Positions 44,771 to 58,839 of a stretch of DNA of 64,000 nucleotides are shown in pieces. The notes beneath the pieces are model-generated. The model was not told where the DNA came from. It worked only from the letters and a program-made list of their open reading frames with translations, and ran no database searches. Made by a program: the position numbers and the translations under genes. The DNA comes from the human T2T-CHM13v2.0 reference genome, Homo sapiens, in assembly GCF_009914755.1 (NCBI RefSeq), contig NC_060936.1, one strand, 5' to 3'. Positions within the stretch are counted from its first letter, which is position 1. Every line of letters starts with the position of its first letter.

Positions 44771-45376
44771 ATCATTGTCATTGTGTTATCTAGCCATCTA
44801 TAGGTGTAGTTGTCAAACTTTGGGAGAAGGTAAAACAGAAGTTCAACCTCAGGATGGATGATGGTAGGTTCTCCTCTTGGAGAAAAGGAGGAGGAAAGGA
44901 GGCTGATTTGCTGAGTCAGACACAGCCAAAGGGTTTAGGGTGGGCACAATATGGGTGAAGAGAGAGAGACAGAATCACAGAGGGTCTGGGAGCTCATGGA
45001 GAGCTCCTACTGTTTGAGAGGGTCAGGGAAGAAAGGGGAGGAAGGAATGTGCTATCTCATTCTTGAAGGTGAATGGACATTAGCCAAGTGGAAAGAAGGA
45101 AGGTGTTCTAGGCAGATGGAATGATGTGTGTAATGAGTAGGAGCAAGAGCATGGGCGCTTAGAGGGCTGCAGGTGGCTTGGTGGGGCTGGTGTTTGGGCT
45201 GAGGGGAGGTGATAAGGGGAACAGAGAAGGGGGCAGCAGAACACTCTAGTAGGCTTGCATACTAGGCTAGGATGTCTGATCTTTGTTCTGGAGTTACCCT
45301 TTATTCATTGGTTTGGATCATTTATTACGGATCACAAAGAATGTATGAATCCACAAGTATTCATTGCAGTTCTGTA

Positions 45377-45775
45377 TGTTGTGGTTTGAATGTGTCCTCT
45401 CCAAAATTCACGAGGAAACTCAATCCCCCTTGTGGTGGTGTTACCAGGTGAGGCCTTTTGGAAAGTGATTAGCCATGAGGGCTCTGCCCTCACAAATGGA
45501 TGGCTTCCTTATAAAAGGGTTGGAGGAAGCTGGCTTAGGCCCCTGTGCCTGTCCCTTCCGCCATGCGAGGACATGGTGTTTCGTCCTCCCTGGAAGACGC
45601 AGCAACAAGGCACCATCTTGGAAGCAAAGAGACCAGATCTTCAGCAGACACTGACCTTGCTAGGGTCTCTGTCTTGGCCTTCCAGCATCCAGAACTGTGA
45701 GGAAGTAAATTTCTGTTCTTTATAAATGACCCAATCTCAGGTATTTTGTTGTAGCCGGACAGAAGAAGAAGGACC
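45377..45775 (+). mobile_element. MST-type (MSTC/D) MaLR solo LTR
   Basis: tgttgtggtttgaatgtgtcc...gcaacaaggcaccatcttggaagca...ccagaactgtgag...tttataaatgacccaatctcaggtattttgttgtagc. Confidence 0.82.
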
Positions 45776-46929
45776 TGTGGTATACTCTGCAGGTGGGGTG
45801 GTGGCCAGTGGTGTTCTCTTAGCCAACGGCCACTCCTGCCTCCTGCTTCCTTCCCAGCTTTCTTGCTAAAAGGGCCTCGGTTATGATCTTTGTCCACTGA
45901 GTGGCCACATCCTTTGGTCCACTGGGTAAGGTTGGACCCCTCCACAGTCCCAGGGTGGCATCTGGATTGGCCTAAACCATCACGATTTGTTCATCCCCTT
46001 CCCTTGTGATTATTGCACCCTGGGGGAAGTTGCCTAGTTGGGTGAGGGGTCTGGAGAAATAATAACTTGTCGTTAAAAAGGATTGAAGCACAGGGCTATT
46101 CCTGCTTTCTGTCCCTGAGCGTGACTGTGTAAGGAGTGGGAGGTGTCACTGTGAGAGGAGCTGCACACACTCTGGGATGGCAGAGCAGAGACAGGGTGGG
46201 AGGCTGTGTCCTCGCCAGTGTCACAGGCTGCCCAGCTACCCCGTTACCAGCCTCCCTCCTCTGGGCCTCCTGCCTTGTGACACAGTAAAACTGCCCACTG
46301 TAAATCCCCTCTGGCTAGCTCTTAGCTGCAGCTTGGAGGGTTTCAACTGAAGGCTCTTCTTAGCCTCCCATCACCTTCCTAGGCCTGCTGGGCTCCTCGC
46401 ACAGGGGTTGTCACTATCAGGAAGGAAGGGGCAGGGATGCCATCCACTGTGCCATCCCTCATTTCTCCCTGGAGAGGAGACTTATTCCTACAGGCCCCAG
46501 TTGGCCGTGGCACCTTCCTTCCCATTGGTTAAAACTGGGTGGCATACACAGATGCTGGGGGAATGAGGGTCTGGCCTTGTAATCTTACCTGTGACAGCCA
46601 TGGACTGGGCAGTTGAAGCATCTGCACTCATGGAATTGCCCACGCAGTGCCCCTGGTGCCCTCTGAGAAGGTGCTGCTGTCCTGGGATTCAACCCCAGAC
46701 TTATGATTTAGGACTTTGCTGCCACAGGTGTGTGATCCTGGATTGTGTTGGTTGCTGTTGACATTTTGGGTAGCAAGTCAGCCTCTACTTCATGAAGATA
46801 AACACACAGCTTTTGGGAGAATGCCTGATAGGAAGTGGGAGAGACCCAGTCATGGACACCAGGGTGGGGGCTGAGGTAGTAGCCAAGCAGGCAGGCTGGC
46901 AGAGGGAGGCGGCTGTGGGGAGGTGCTCA

Positions 46930-47912
46930 CTCATTCATTCTTCCTTCCTTCCATTCATCCAGCCATCCACCCATCCAACCACCCATCTACCCTTCCATCT
47001 ACCCATCCACCCTTCCATCCACCCATTTACCCTTCCATCCACCCATCCACCACCCTTCTATCCACCCATTTACCCTTCCAACCACCCATCCACCCTTCTA
47101 TCCAATCATTTACCCTTCCATCCACCCATCCACCCTTCCATCCACCCATCCACCCTTCCATCCACCCATTTACCCTTCTATCCACCCATCCACCCATCCA
47201 CCCTTCCATCCACCCATCCACACTTCCATCCACCCATTTACCCTTCTATCCACCCATCCACCCATCCACCCATCCACCCTTCCATCCATCCATCCACCCA
47301 TCCACCCTTCCATCCATCCATCCACCCATCCACCCTTCCATCCACCCATCCACCCTTCCATCCACCCGTTTACCCTTCTATCCACCCATCCACCCTTCCA
47401 TCCACCCTCCACTCTTCCATCCACCCATCCACCCATCCACCCTTCCATCCACCCATCCACCCTTCCATCCACCCTCCACTCTTCCATCCACCCATCCACC
47501 CATCCAGCCTTCCATCCACCCATTCACCCTTCCATCCACCTATTTACCCTTCCATCCACCCATCCACCCTTCCATCCACCCATCCACCCTTCCAACCACC
47601 CATCCACCCATTTACCTTTCCATGCACCCATCCACCCTTCCAACCACCCATCCACCCTTCCATCCACCCATCCACCCTTCCATCCACCCGTTTACCCTTC
47701 TATCCACCCATCCACCCTTCCATCTACCCATCCACCCTTCCATCCACCCATCCACCCATTTACCCTTCCATTTACCCATTCACCCTTCCAACCACCCAGC
47801 CACCCTTCCATCCACCCATCCACCCTTCCATCCACCCATTCACCCTTCCATCCACCAATCCACCTTCCATCTACGCATCTACTTTTCCATCCACCCATCC
47901 AACCCAGCCACC
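46930..47912. repeat. About 1-kb CCAT-derived array with a 20-bp higher unit CCATCCACCCTTCCATCCAC
   Basis: Unit and its variant CCATTTACCCTTCTATCCAC recur throughout; begins ctcattcattcttccttccttccattc. Confidence 0.96.
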
Positions 47913-48740
47913 CAAACGGTGAATAGCAAACATTTACTTAGCATCACTATGTGCTGGATTCATAATTTTTTAGTGAATGAAAAGAGAGAAAATGGAATGG
48001 ATGAAAGTTTTGAAGTTGAAACTATTAGGCCTTGGAAACCATTTATGTCTAAGATTTCCATTTCTAGCAGAGCAGCACAGATGGTCAAAAGCTTCAAAAA
48101 CCGCTTCTTGAAAAGGGTGGTCTAAGGAGAGGGATGCTGCCACCCAGGGTGACAGTGGTGCTTTCTGCATTATCTTCTACATCTGTATCGTCTTTTTGCC
48201 CCCTCTCCGTGGCTAAGAAATGCTAACAAATGTGTCTATTTCTTTTTTTTTTTCCTCTGAAGGCACAAATTTGCCTTTTTCCTTCAATGGTGTCCCTTCT
48301 TTAGGTTTTCTGCCCAATTACTGAGCTTTGAGCTTAGAGCTTTATTTCCGTGGGTGGCTTGGTGTTGAGGGCTGCAGTCCACCCTTCAACGACTGTTCTT
48401 AAAACTAAAAAGCCTGGCTCTGCACATGCAGATAAAAACCACATTATCTTTCAAAAAGATTGGAATAAAAAAATGAGCACACTTGTGAGTTTCTAGGCAA
48501 CTGGGCACATGGGCTCAGCACAGGCTACAATGAGAGATCATCAGATTCCTTTTTAGTCGTATTGGCCTGAAACCTTACAACAAGGCCTGGACACAAATAC
48601 TTCTTTATTCCAGACAGCGTTTGTATGCCTCTTCTGTGCCGAGCACTGTTCTGGTGAATGGCGATGAATTAGGCAGACAAGGCCTCAACTCTCATGCTGT
48701 CATGCTAGGGGAGGGGACTGATGAATGCAAGAAACATAAA

Positions 48741-48915
48741 CAGTTGACCTTTGAACAATGCAGGCATTAGGGGCACTGACCCCTCTACAGTCAAAAATCT
48801 CAGTATAACTTTTGACTGACTGAAAACTTAACTACTAATAGACTACTGTTGACTAGAAGCCTTACTGACAACATAGTTAATCAACACATGTTTTGCATGT
48901 TATATGTGCTATATA
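48741..48915. mobile_element. Tigger2a/MER28-like fragment
   Basis: cagttgacctttgaacaa TIR; aaaacttaactactaatagactactgttgactagaagccttac. Confidence 0.75.
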
Positions 48916-48917
48916 TC

Positions 48918-49052
48918 AGCAGTCTCCAACCATTTTTGGCACCAGGGATTGGTTTCATGGAAAACAATTTTTCCATGGACCAGGATGAGGGGATGGTTTC
49001 AGGATGATTCAGGTGTGTTACATTAATTGTGTACTTTATTTCTGTTATTATT
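48918..49052 (+). mobile_element. MER1B-like (hAT-Charlie) 5' fragment
   Basis: cagcagtctccaaccatttttggcaccagggattggtttcatggaaaacaatttttccatggacc. Confidence 0.8.
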
Positions 49053-49053
49053 G

Positions 49054-49500
<447 letters not shown>

Positions 49501-50055
49501 TGAAACTTATTAAGTACCCAGGAGGCCTTTTATTTTCTTTGAATGATTCTGCCTGGTGGCCCCAAAGGCCAACAGGGACTTGACTCTTGCAAAGCTCTCC
49601 TTCCTGTCAAGAGAGCCTTTCTCTGCCTTCCCACCTCTGTGTGTCCTGTGCTCACTCACTTTGCTGGTCGCTGGGATTCAGACGGGGGTAGCCTCTGTCT
49701 GTGGAGTCTCCAGTGCTGAGTAGGGGTGCTTTACCCCAAGGAAGGGCCAGCAGGTGCCACATGGGCCCTTGGGGTCTGTCCCAGCTTTGGGAAGCCATAA
49801 GTAGGAGGGCATTTTAGAAAGGTTTGAAGGCTTCTGGAGCAGTCTATGTCTTGTCTTTCGTCTTTTGTTTTGTGTAAAACTTTAAAATCTAAACAGTGCT
49901 TGAATACATCTTCCTAAAACATCACAGATAAGTGCCCGTTGGCTGCTCACTAATTCCTGCTGCCTCACCCAAATGAATGATTGTGTATCATTTTATTTCT
50001 TTTAGCCAGAACGTTATCTTTCTATGTATCTACATTCTCATATATATATGGGGCC

Positions 50056-50148
50056 GCAGGAGTTCAAGGCTGCAGTGAGCTGTGATTGTGCCACCACACT
50101 CCAGCCTGGGCCGCAGAGCGAGACCCTGTCTGTAACAAAACCAAACAA
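50056..50148 (+). mobile_element. Alu right-arm 3' fragment (J/FRAM-like)
   Basis: caggagttcaaggctgcagtgagctgtgattgtgccaccacactccagcctggg. Confidence 0.85.
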
Positions 50149-50596
50149 ATGTATGTGGGGCTGCAGAAAATCCTTGGTACGGCTTTATGTGTGGTTGCAT
50201 TTTAAAACAAATGGCATTATGTTGAGTGTAATATTCTTTACAGTCAACAACATGCTTTGGAGCCCTTTTGTGCTAATATGAATAGAGCTTAATTATTATC
50301 TAAAAACTGTTATATTCTGCAGTAGGTTATTCCATAGTTTTTTTTTTTTTTAAACCATTTCCCTATTGACGAATATTTAGGTTGCTTCCATTTCTTTTCT
50401 TTTCTCCTCTCTCTCTCTCTTTCTCTCTGTCTCTCCTCCACTCCCCGACCCCCAACTAGGATGCATCCTGTAAAGCTCCATCTGGTTTGGGGGTGGGAAG
50501 TGGGTTTTACATCATGTGCCAAATGGTCGTCTGCTGCAGCGCTATGTTAGGCAGGAAAAATGATGCCAATCAGTAAACAATGTCTGTTTTGGGTGC

Positions 50597-51026
50597 TATA
50601 TTAGTTTTCTAGGGCTGCAGTAACAAATTACCCCAAACTAGGTGGCTTAAAACAATAGGAATTTATTTTCTCACAGCTCTGGAGGCCAGAAGTCTGAAAT
50701 CAAGGTGTTAGCAGGGAGGTGCTCCCTCTGACGCCTCCAGGGAAGGAGTCTTCCCTGCCTCTTCCAGCTTCCGCTGGCTCCAGGCGTTCCTTAGCCTGTG
50801 GCCACCTTGCCCTCATCTCTCCCTTTGTCATCACATAAGCTGTGTGTGTGTGTCTGTGTCTCTGTGTCCTCCCCTTATAAGGACACCAGTCCTTGCATTG
50901 AGGGCTCACCCTAATCCAGTATGACCTCATTTAAACTAATGATGTGCAAAAATTCTATTTCCAAATCAGGTCACATTCTGAGGTTGTCAGTGAACATGAA
51001 TTTTAGGGGGACACTAGCTCACTATA
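50597..51026 (-). mobile_element. MLT1B/C solo LTR
   Basis: tattagttttctagggctgcagtaacaaattaccccaaactaggtggcttaaaacaa...ccctaatccagtatgacctcat. Confidence 0.85.
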
Positions 51027-51263
51027 GGTATAAGAGGCAGGCGGGGGGCTACATGAGTGCCATTAACCACTTAGATCCGGGGCAGCCCAGTCACTGCACC
51101 TTCGCGTGTGCAGTGAGAACTGGAGTTCCAGATGATGACTCTGCCAGGCTGCTAAATCTCCAGCCATTCACTCAGCTACACAATACTCACACTCAGTCGT
51201 GTTGACTGGACTCTGCTAATCAGGACAGGACAGAACTTTTACTGTCTTTGAATGTTATTTTAT

Positions 51264-51593
51264 TTTTTCTTTTTCTTTTCTTTTTGTTTTGTTTTTGTTT
51301 TTGTTTTTGAGACAGAGTCTTGCTCTGCCACTCAGGCTGGAGTGCAGCAGTATGTTCATAGCTCACTGCAGCCTTAACCTCCAAGGCTCAAGTGATCTTC
51401 CCACTTCAGGTTCCTGAGGAGCTGGGGCTACTGGCATATGCCACAACACCCGGCTGATTTTTATTTATTTTTTTGTAGAGACAAAGTCTCACTATGTTGC
51501 CCAGGCTGTTCTCTAACTCCTGGGCTCGAGTGATTCTCACACTTTGGCCTTCCAAAGTGCTGGGATTACAGGAGCGAGCCACTGTGCCTGGCC
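51264..51593 (-). mobile_element. AluJ
   Basis: catagctcactgcagcc; (TTTTTG)n tail. Confidence 0.9.
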
Positions 51594-52610
51594 TGAGAAT
51601 TATTTTTGTGTCACCCTGATGTCATAGCCTACCTGGAAGGTCTGTGTTTCTCCCCCTTCCCACAAAACTACAAGTTTGTCAGTATAATTACCGTTGAGGA
51701 AGACACAAAACATTTGGCAGTTGGTATCTAGAATAGACTGAAGGTTTCTGTCTCTTAGGTTCTCTAATATAACAGAATGAGCAAGGTGTTCTGCAAACAG
51801 CCATAACCTCAGTTATATACGCACCATTTCACCTGATTGATCCTACCCTCTCACAGCTGAAAGGACTAATTTTAAATTGTCAAGGAGAATGCCTGTCCAC
51901 TGGGTGCACTTTACAAATGGCCACAAGTAACCGTCTTTGTCGGCTGAGCTGAAAGCCATGTGCTTTGTAAATGCCGCCGTAGCACTTGGTGCAGAGTGGG
52001 CACCCTACTTGTGGCTCTCCTGGCGCTGCAAGCCAACTACCCACACTGTTATTCCAGCACATAGTGCCAGGGAGGCCATTTAGTAAACCCCTTGCCACAG
52101 TGGCCCCATAACTGGATTTAGCTGTTATGCCGTTTCCTAACTTACATTAAAAACATAACAATATTACAGGGACTGCTCTTGGAGAGTGAACTGGAGTCAG
52201 CTCAGTGGAAAGGAAGGGAAAAGCCCATTAAGATGTTTGGTTCAGTTGACCTGCCTCTATTTGGGAAAACCTTTGCTGATGTATAATTTCTGAAGGCGAA
52301 AGGGAAAAATAGACCCAGCTAAGCAAGTTCGGGAAAGAAATGGGTGGTTGTCAGTCAGAGCAACAAAGTAGTGGAATTCCAGGGGCTTCAGCGGCAGGGA
52401 TGAGACATGACAAATTTTTAAAGACTCTGTCAATATCATTAATATCTATGACCTGTCTCACAAGGATGGCTGTCATGCAGCACATCCGTCAGAAAATACT
52501 GCCCTGGAATTGTCCTGCTTGTTGGGTGAGCCCCAAATCCCCAAATTGAGAGTGATTATGCAAGGGATTTTATGGTCCTATTTTACAACCCCTTAAAGGT
52601 AGTAAAATAA

Positions 52611-52919
<309 letters not shown>

Positions 52920-53449
52920 TTAGGAACCTGTGTTCTGAGACAATAATTTTCTTTTAAAAAAACAAGTCACTGTTGACAGCGAACTAGATTATGTATCACA
53001 GTTTGGGGGTTGTGAATATGCAGGCTGTCTCTGAGCACTTTGATGTTGGGTTGCCCACTGCAAGCCTGATATTTATGTTTGGTAAACCAGAGTTCTTGCT
53101 AGCGAGTCACTTTGCCAGCCTCTGTACTGATCAGGAAAGGGCCCCTTCTCCACAGCTGGGGAGATGTGAGATGCATGTGCTTAAGAAAATCAAGCTGCTG
53201 TCGTTCAATTCCAGCCTGGCTTAAAGCTGTGTGACCTTCAACACAGTCCCCCTTACCTATCCTGTAAAAAGTGTAATATAATTCCTACCAGAAGCCAGAA
53301 TAACCTTGTTATCATGAGGATGAAGTGAAGCAGTATTTGCACACTGCTTGTCACATAATACATGTATGATAAATGTTAAGAGTTTGTTTCTTATTTTTGT
53401 TTGAAGGTGAAATACTTAAGATAGTGATGAAATTCAACATATTTAATAG

Positions 53450-53950
53450 CAGGGTGGTGTGGCCACTGGCCAATCGGAATAGATGCACCTTGTAAATAAT
53501 TATTACAGCCTCTCCCCTTCCCAGGGCCCTCCAGCTGCACATCAGCCCCGCCTGAGACAAACAGCGAGGGAATGTTCCTAAACGCTTGTTTTCCCTTTGC
53601 ATAGCTGATTGCAGAGCCCAGCAAGTCTTTCTCTAAATGGCTTTACTTTGACAAGGGGTCGCGATGGCATTTTGATTGGCATCCGCCTCTCCTCCGGGGA
53701 AGGACCTCGTGGGCGATGGTCCTGGCGCACCCGCTAGATGGCGCCGCAGACCGGGTTGTACAGACCGCGCGCCCTCCCCTCCCCTCCCCGGCGGAGGCTC
53801 CTGGAGCCCCTGCCCGGCCTGACTGGCTGCGTCCTCAGGACCTGCGATTTCCAGGGATTCCCGATTTCCCTGAGTGTGAGCAAATAAAGGCTCCTTCCTG
53901 CAGCCCGAGCCAGCGCTCAGCGCAGCCCGTGACCCCTGGCACCTGACAAC
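53450..53950. promoter_or_regulatory. Small CpG/GC-rich non-repeat element with a strong CTCF motif at 53728-53746
   Basis: CACCCGCTAGATGGCGCCG; dense CpGs 53660-53930; CCAAT ~53471, reverse CCAAT ~53675, GC box ccccgcc ~53546. Confidence 0.7.
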
Positions 53951-54344
53951 CTGCTTCAGCCAAAATCTTAATAGGCTTTATTATTTTTATTTAAGATGAT
54001 GCATGCTCATTATAACATTTTTAAACAATATATGGAAAAATCAGAATCTCAGCACCCCCGATAGAGCCAGCAGTAATACTGGAAAATTATTGTTCCATGT
54101 ATGGAGTCAAAGTCCACGTATGGGCAGAGAGATGACTGTGGCTGGACACGCAAGTGGCCGGCGAACTTCATACTTCACGAAAATGGGAGCATATTCTGTG
54201 TGCTGGGTTTTTTCTTTATTAAGGGCTAGGTCCTTCCTTTTACTTACATTTAAGAGAAGACAAATAATCTAATATGAAGTTTCTGAACTTCAAAAAACCA
54301 TTAATCACTACAAGGAATACTGGTTTTTTAAAAATCACCTTGCT

Positions 54345-54751
<407 letters not shown>

Positions 54752-54855
54752 TTAGAGTCATTATTTTTATTATTACTATTACTACCATCACTACTACCAT
54801 TATAGTTACATCCGCTCTTTCAGATGCCACAATTTAATTTTAGTTTAGAACCTGA

Positions 54856-55032
54856 AGCTATCCAATATGGTAGCCATTAGCTTCATGTGGCTATTAAAAT
54901 TAATATTAAATAAAATTAAAAATTCAGTTTCTCAATTGCACGTGCCACATTTCAAGTGCTCAGTGTCCACATGGAGCTAGTGGTTACCACATCTGGCAGC
55001 ACAGATATAGAATCTTCTAGCAGTGAGGAAAG
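54856..55032. mobile_element. MER3/MER33-like hAT MITE
   Basis: tccaatatggtagccattagc...gccacatttcaagtgctc...ttggacagcgctg. Confidence 0.75.
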
Positions 55033-56494
55033 ATCTGTTGGACAGCGCTGCTATTGATTAATTCTCTTCCCTGACAGATGAATAAACAGCACCATGAGAC
55101 TTCTGCCTAGGTATTTATTAATTGTTTATAACCTATATATCTAATAGATGTATTTACACCAAGTTTTATCACATTTATATTTGCTCGTAGAATCCAATGC
55201 TTCTACTTAATATTAATTTGTTGTTCATATTCTATAACAGGCATCCCTACTCACTTCATCAGTTACCGCCATTGTTCCAGAAAAGACTGATCTCTTTTGT
55301 CACTGATGGCCCCTTTGTGTTGAGAATTTTTGACTTTTTCATTCTGTTAGTCTCACTTTAATGAGATCCTGAGCGGGGGAAAAGATGAATCAAGTTTCCA
55401 GCCCACTGTGTTTAACTGGGAGTCCCACAGGGCTTGGTAACCTGTGAAATGCTGCTGAGATTTAAAGGGTTGTTTGCCAGTCATTCCTCCCATACCTTGA
55501 CCAAGGGCCTGTGTGCCAGCACCTGATGAAGGAGGCTCCGTTCTTGCCATCAGGGATTTCAGGAAAGCTTTTTTGCCAGGAACACAATTCTCCTACTTTT
55601 TTGTGAAATTTTTTTAATGAAGGAGGAAAGATTCTCTGCCACGATTAAAGACCAAGCTGAACTCCTGGGATGAAGGTATTGTGTCTTTCTATAATTAGAC
55701 TCAGCTGAAGAAGCTGCTGGATTCTTTTCTGAGACAGACAAGGCAAGAGAGTATTTAGAAAAGACCAAGAGAGGGGTTGGGGCAGACTTGCCCACCTTTG
55801 CATTTTCTCCAGAACCACCTTTGATTCTGGAAAATGTCCACTTTGCACAGGTGATGGTTGTAAGGTCCCACACTCTTTGCAGGAGAGGGGAGCTTGCAGA
55901 TAGAGTAAATTTCTACCTGTCCAGGCAGCAAGAAACCAAAGGCGGCTGAACACAGTCTACTTTCCTTGGGGGACTATGCCTCTACTCTGTGATTTTACAA
56001 CCACATCAGACTTCTGTGACTGTGTCTTGTGGGCTGTTAAGAATTCCCCCATGAAAAGCAGCCACAACAAGCCAGGATTGCTTCTGCAGGGAGGTGGGTT
56101 GCATCTGGGCATGGTGGAGCTGCCCCTGTTTTCCACATGCCATGTATCAGCTGGCCCCAACCTTGCTGTTCCTCTGACCTTTAAGAATGAAGGACAGGGT
56201 GTCAGGTCTTTGCTCTGCAAGGTGTGGCTGAATCCGCACATAGTTTCCTTGCAAGGTGGTGACAGACTGCTGCACAGAGTTGGTTGCATGTCAGAGTTAA
56301 ACAGAGGCTGCTGTCCTTAAGAGGCGCCATCTCCCAGGGACGATGCCATCCATCTGAATTTCCCAAATGTAAAGCATCAGGAAGCTTCAGTAGGAAGCAG
56401 CACTGGCTGGCAGATTCTGTTGGCTCCAGGGGTGATCATTCGGTTTTTTGTACCATAAACCTCCTGGGGGGCCACAGAGTCTGCTGGCAGATAG

Positions 56495-56705
56495 CTAGGA
56501 CTCAAATCCAGCACTTCCATGAACTCACTCGCCAACACTGCACCATCCACTCAATTCAGGTGCATCTCATCTGTAATATGGAGTCAATGATGGTGCCCAC
56601 CTCACACACTGGTTGTGAGGATTAAACAAGTTAATATAAGTAAGTGCTTAAAACATTGCCTGGCACATGGTAGATATTCAGTGAATGTTGTTTATTCATC
56701 ATTAT
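56495..56705 (+). mobile_element. MIR
   Basis: ctcatctgtaatatgg...ggttgtgaggattaaa...gcctggcacatggtag. Confidence 0.75.
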
Positions 56706-56780
56706 CTAAAGACACCTTCTTTACCAGATGGATCATTTGAAAATAACCAAATCACGCTGTGGGCAAAACCTTATATCCAT

Positions 56781-56918
56781 TGTGGTAGGGAGAATAGTGG
56801 CCCTCCAAAGATGCCCACATGTGAATTCCTAGAACCTGTGGATATGTTTCCTCACATGGCAAATAGGGCTTTGCAGCTGTCATTAGGTTAAGGATGTGAA
56901 TCTGGGGAGATTATCCTG
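56781..56918 (+). mobile_element. MLT1C/D 5' fragment, abruptly truncated
   Basis: tgtggtagggagaatagtggccctccaaagatgcccacat...gggagattatcctg then A run. Confidence 0.75.
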
Positions 56919-57118
56919 AAAAAAAAAATACCAGTAAATAAATATGCATGCCATACCTTTAAAACCAAGCTAAGAGATATGATATTATCAATACGAGCCT
57001 TACTGTTTACTCTTTTTGAGATCTTTTTTTACTCTTTTTGGGATTTTTTAAAAAAAATCAGAGTGTATCTGATTTGGATGGAAACATTGTTGATTATCTA
57101 ATTAATGGGATATATGTC

Positions 57119-57320
57119 CAGCTGTCCCTGGTATCCTTGAGGGATTGATCCCAGGACACCACCATGATACCAAAATCTGTGCACACTCAAGTCCCAAAGT
57201 AGACCCTGGGGAACCCACATATACAAAGAGTCGGCCTTCCTCATACACGGGCTTTGCATCCCACAAATCCATGTATAAGTGGAACTGCACAGTCCAAACC
57301 CATGTTGTTCAAGGGTATTG
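57119..57320. mobile_element. MER8 (Tigger MITE)
   Basis: cagctgtccctggtat...ataccaaaatc...tataagtggaactgcacagtccaaacccatgttgttcaagggt. Confidence 0.75.
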
Positions 57321-57819
57321 CCTTTCAAAAACTGTTTAAGCATTAAAAACATTTCCCATAAAACACTGCAATAGGATAAATTTCCAAAAGCAAAACAAAC
57401 CAACACACAAAACACAAATGCTTTCGAAGACTCCAGACAGCAGAAAGACTCATTAAAGCCACCTGCTGGCACCTCTTCTGGCTACTTCTACTGTTCCTGG
57501 GGCCTTCCTGGGAACTTTGGCTGCCTTGTTGTTGGTCTGTGGCCTTCTAAGTCACCTGGGGCGGACATCCATTCTTGACAATGGCTGCAGTGAGGGGCAT
57601 CACTGGGAGAGGAAGGAGGACGTGTGTTCGAGAGATATTGATTGATGCCATCCCTGGCTGTTTCCACATGACAAAGGCAGAAGGGAGCAGAGGTAGAAGC
57701 TGAGTCAGCTTCTTCCTGGATGGGGACGTCAGGTCCTGTTCTTGTCTTGGCCAGGCTGAGCAGGGAAATCTAGGAGGTGGCATATCAGGGACCACAGATG
57801 GCAAAGCTCCTCTAAAGCA

Positions 57820-57975
57820 CAGAGTTAGGAACATTGGGTCCTAGAGCCAGGCCAACCTGGCTTCAAATATCTGCTTTGCCACTTATTGGCTGTGGGACCT
57901 GGGGCAAGTCCCTGGATGTCTCTGAGCCTCAGTGTCCCCACTTGCAACATGGGGATAACAGCACCTCCCCAGAGG
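57820..57975 (+). mobile_element. MIR
   Basis: ggctgtgggacctggggcaagtccc...ctctgagcctcagtgtccccac. Confidence 0.75.
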
Positions 57976-58839
57976 CCACTTGACTCCAGAGTCCACACAC
58001 TCATCCACCACCCCGAAACTCTGCAGATCTCCACACTGTGCCCATCCCCAGCCAGGCCTGCTTCCCCCACATGCACGCTCGGCTCCTATTGGCGTCAGCA
58101 TTGCCATCCCCATCTCAAGTCTCCATCCGCTGTGCTTCGGCAGCTGAAAGCTCACAGAGTGCATCTGATTTGGATGGAAACATTGTCGATCATCTAATTA
58201 AGGTCACACTCTCAGGGAAACTGAGGTATGGGGTGACTCTTCCCAGGTTATTTATATTGTTCTTACCCTGGTTTGGAGAGAGTTTATTTATGATATCCAG
58301 CTAGGCAGGGCTGAACTGACCTAAGAATTCACATCTCCCAAGTCTCAGCTTTCTGTGGTGAGGAACAACTGTGTGAAGAATTAGGGTCAGGGTTAGGGTG
58401 CAGATAACTCTGGTCTCTGTTGGGCGGCCATCACCAATTTTAGGGATAGTGCTGTTGGCTGTCACATCTCACACAAGACACACAGACCTTCCTCAGTGGC
58501 ACTCTAGCAAGCACATCTCAAGTGATCAGCTGTTAGACAGTCACTTGGCCAGGGACCACTTGCATTTTCAGCAGGAATTCATTCTTGTTCTGTTGCCAAT
58601 CAATGAAACTTTCTATTCCTCATCCGTGGGCTGAATGCTTAATGATTCTGATGTGAGTCCAAGTTCAAAGGGCATCATTTGTAACTCTGAGAACAAGCCT
58701 CTTATTCAGTGGAATTCCTGTTAATTAACTCTGCCAGAGGCATTCGTTTTTGAAAACCTGATTTGTAAAGGGTTTACTAAGATTTTGGTAATTCCAGGGT
58801 TCAGGAGGTTCTTCAAGTCCCATTCTTTGTGTTGACAGA

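Noticed and set aside
46792-48125. 376-aa and 400-aa Pro/His/Ser ORFs
   Set aside because: Translation of the CCAT array; no coding signature.
56321-56340. Second AGATGGCGC CTCF-like site on minus strand
   Set aside because: 5' half (CTGGG) deviates from the CC-core and the surroundings are not CpG-rich.
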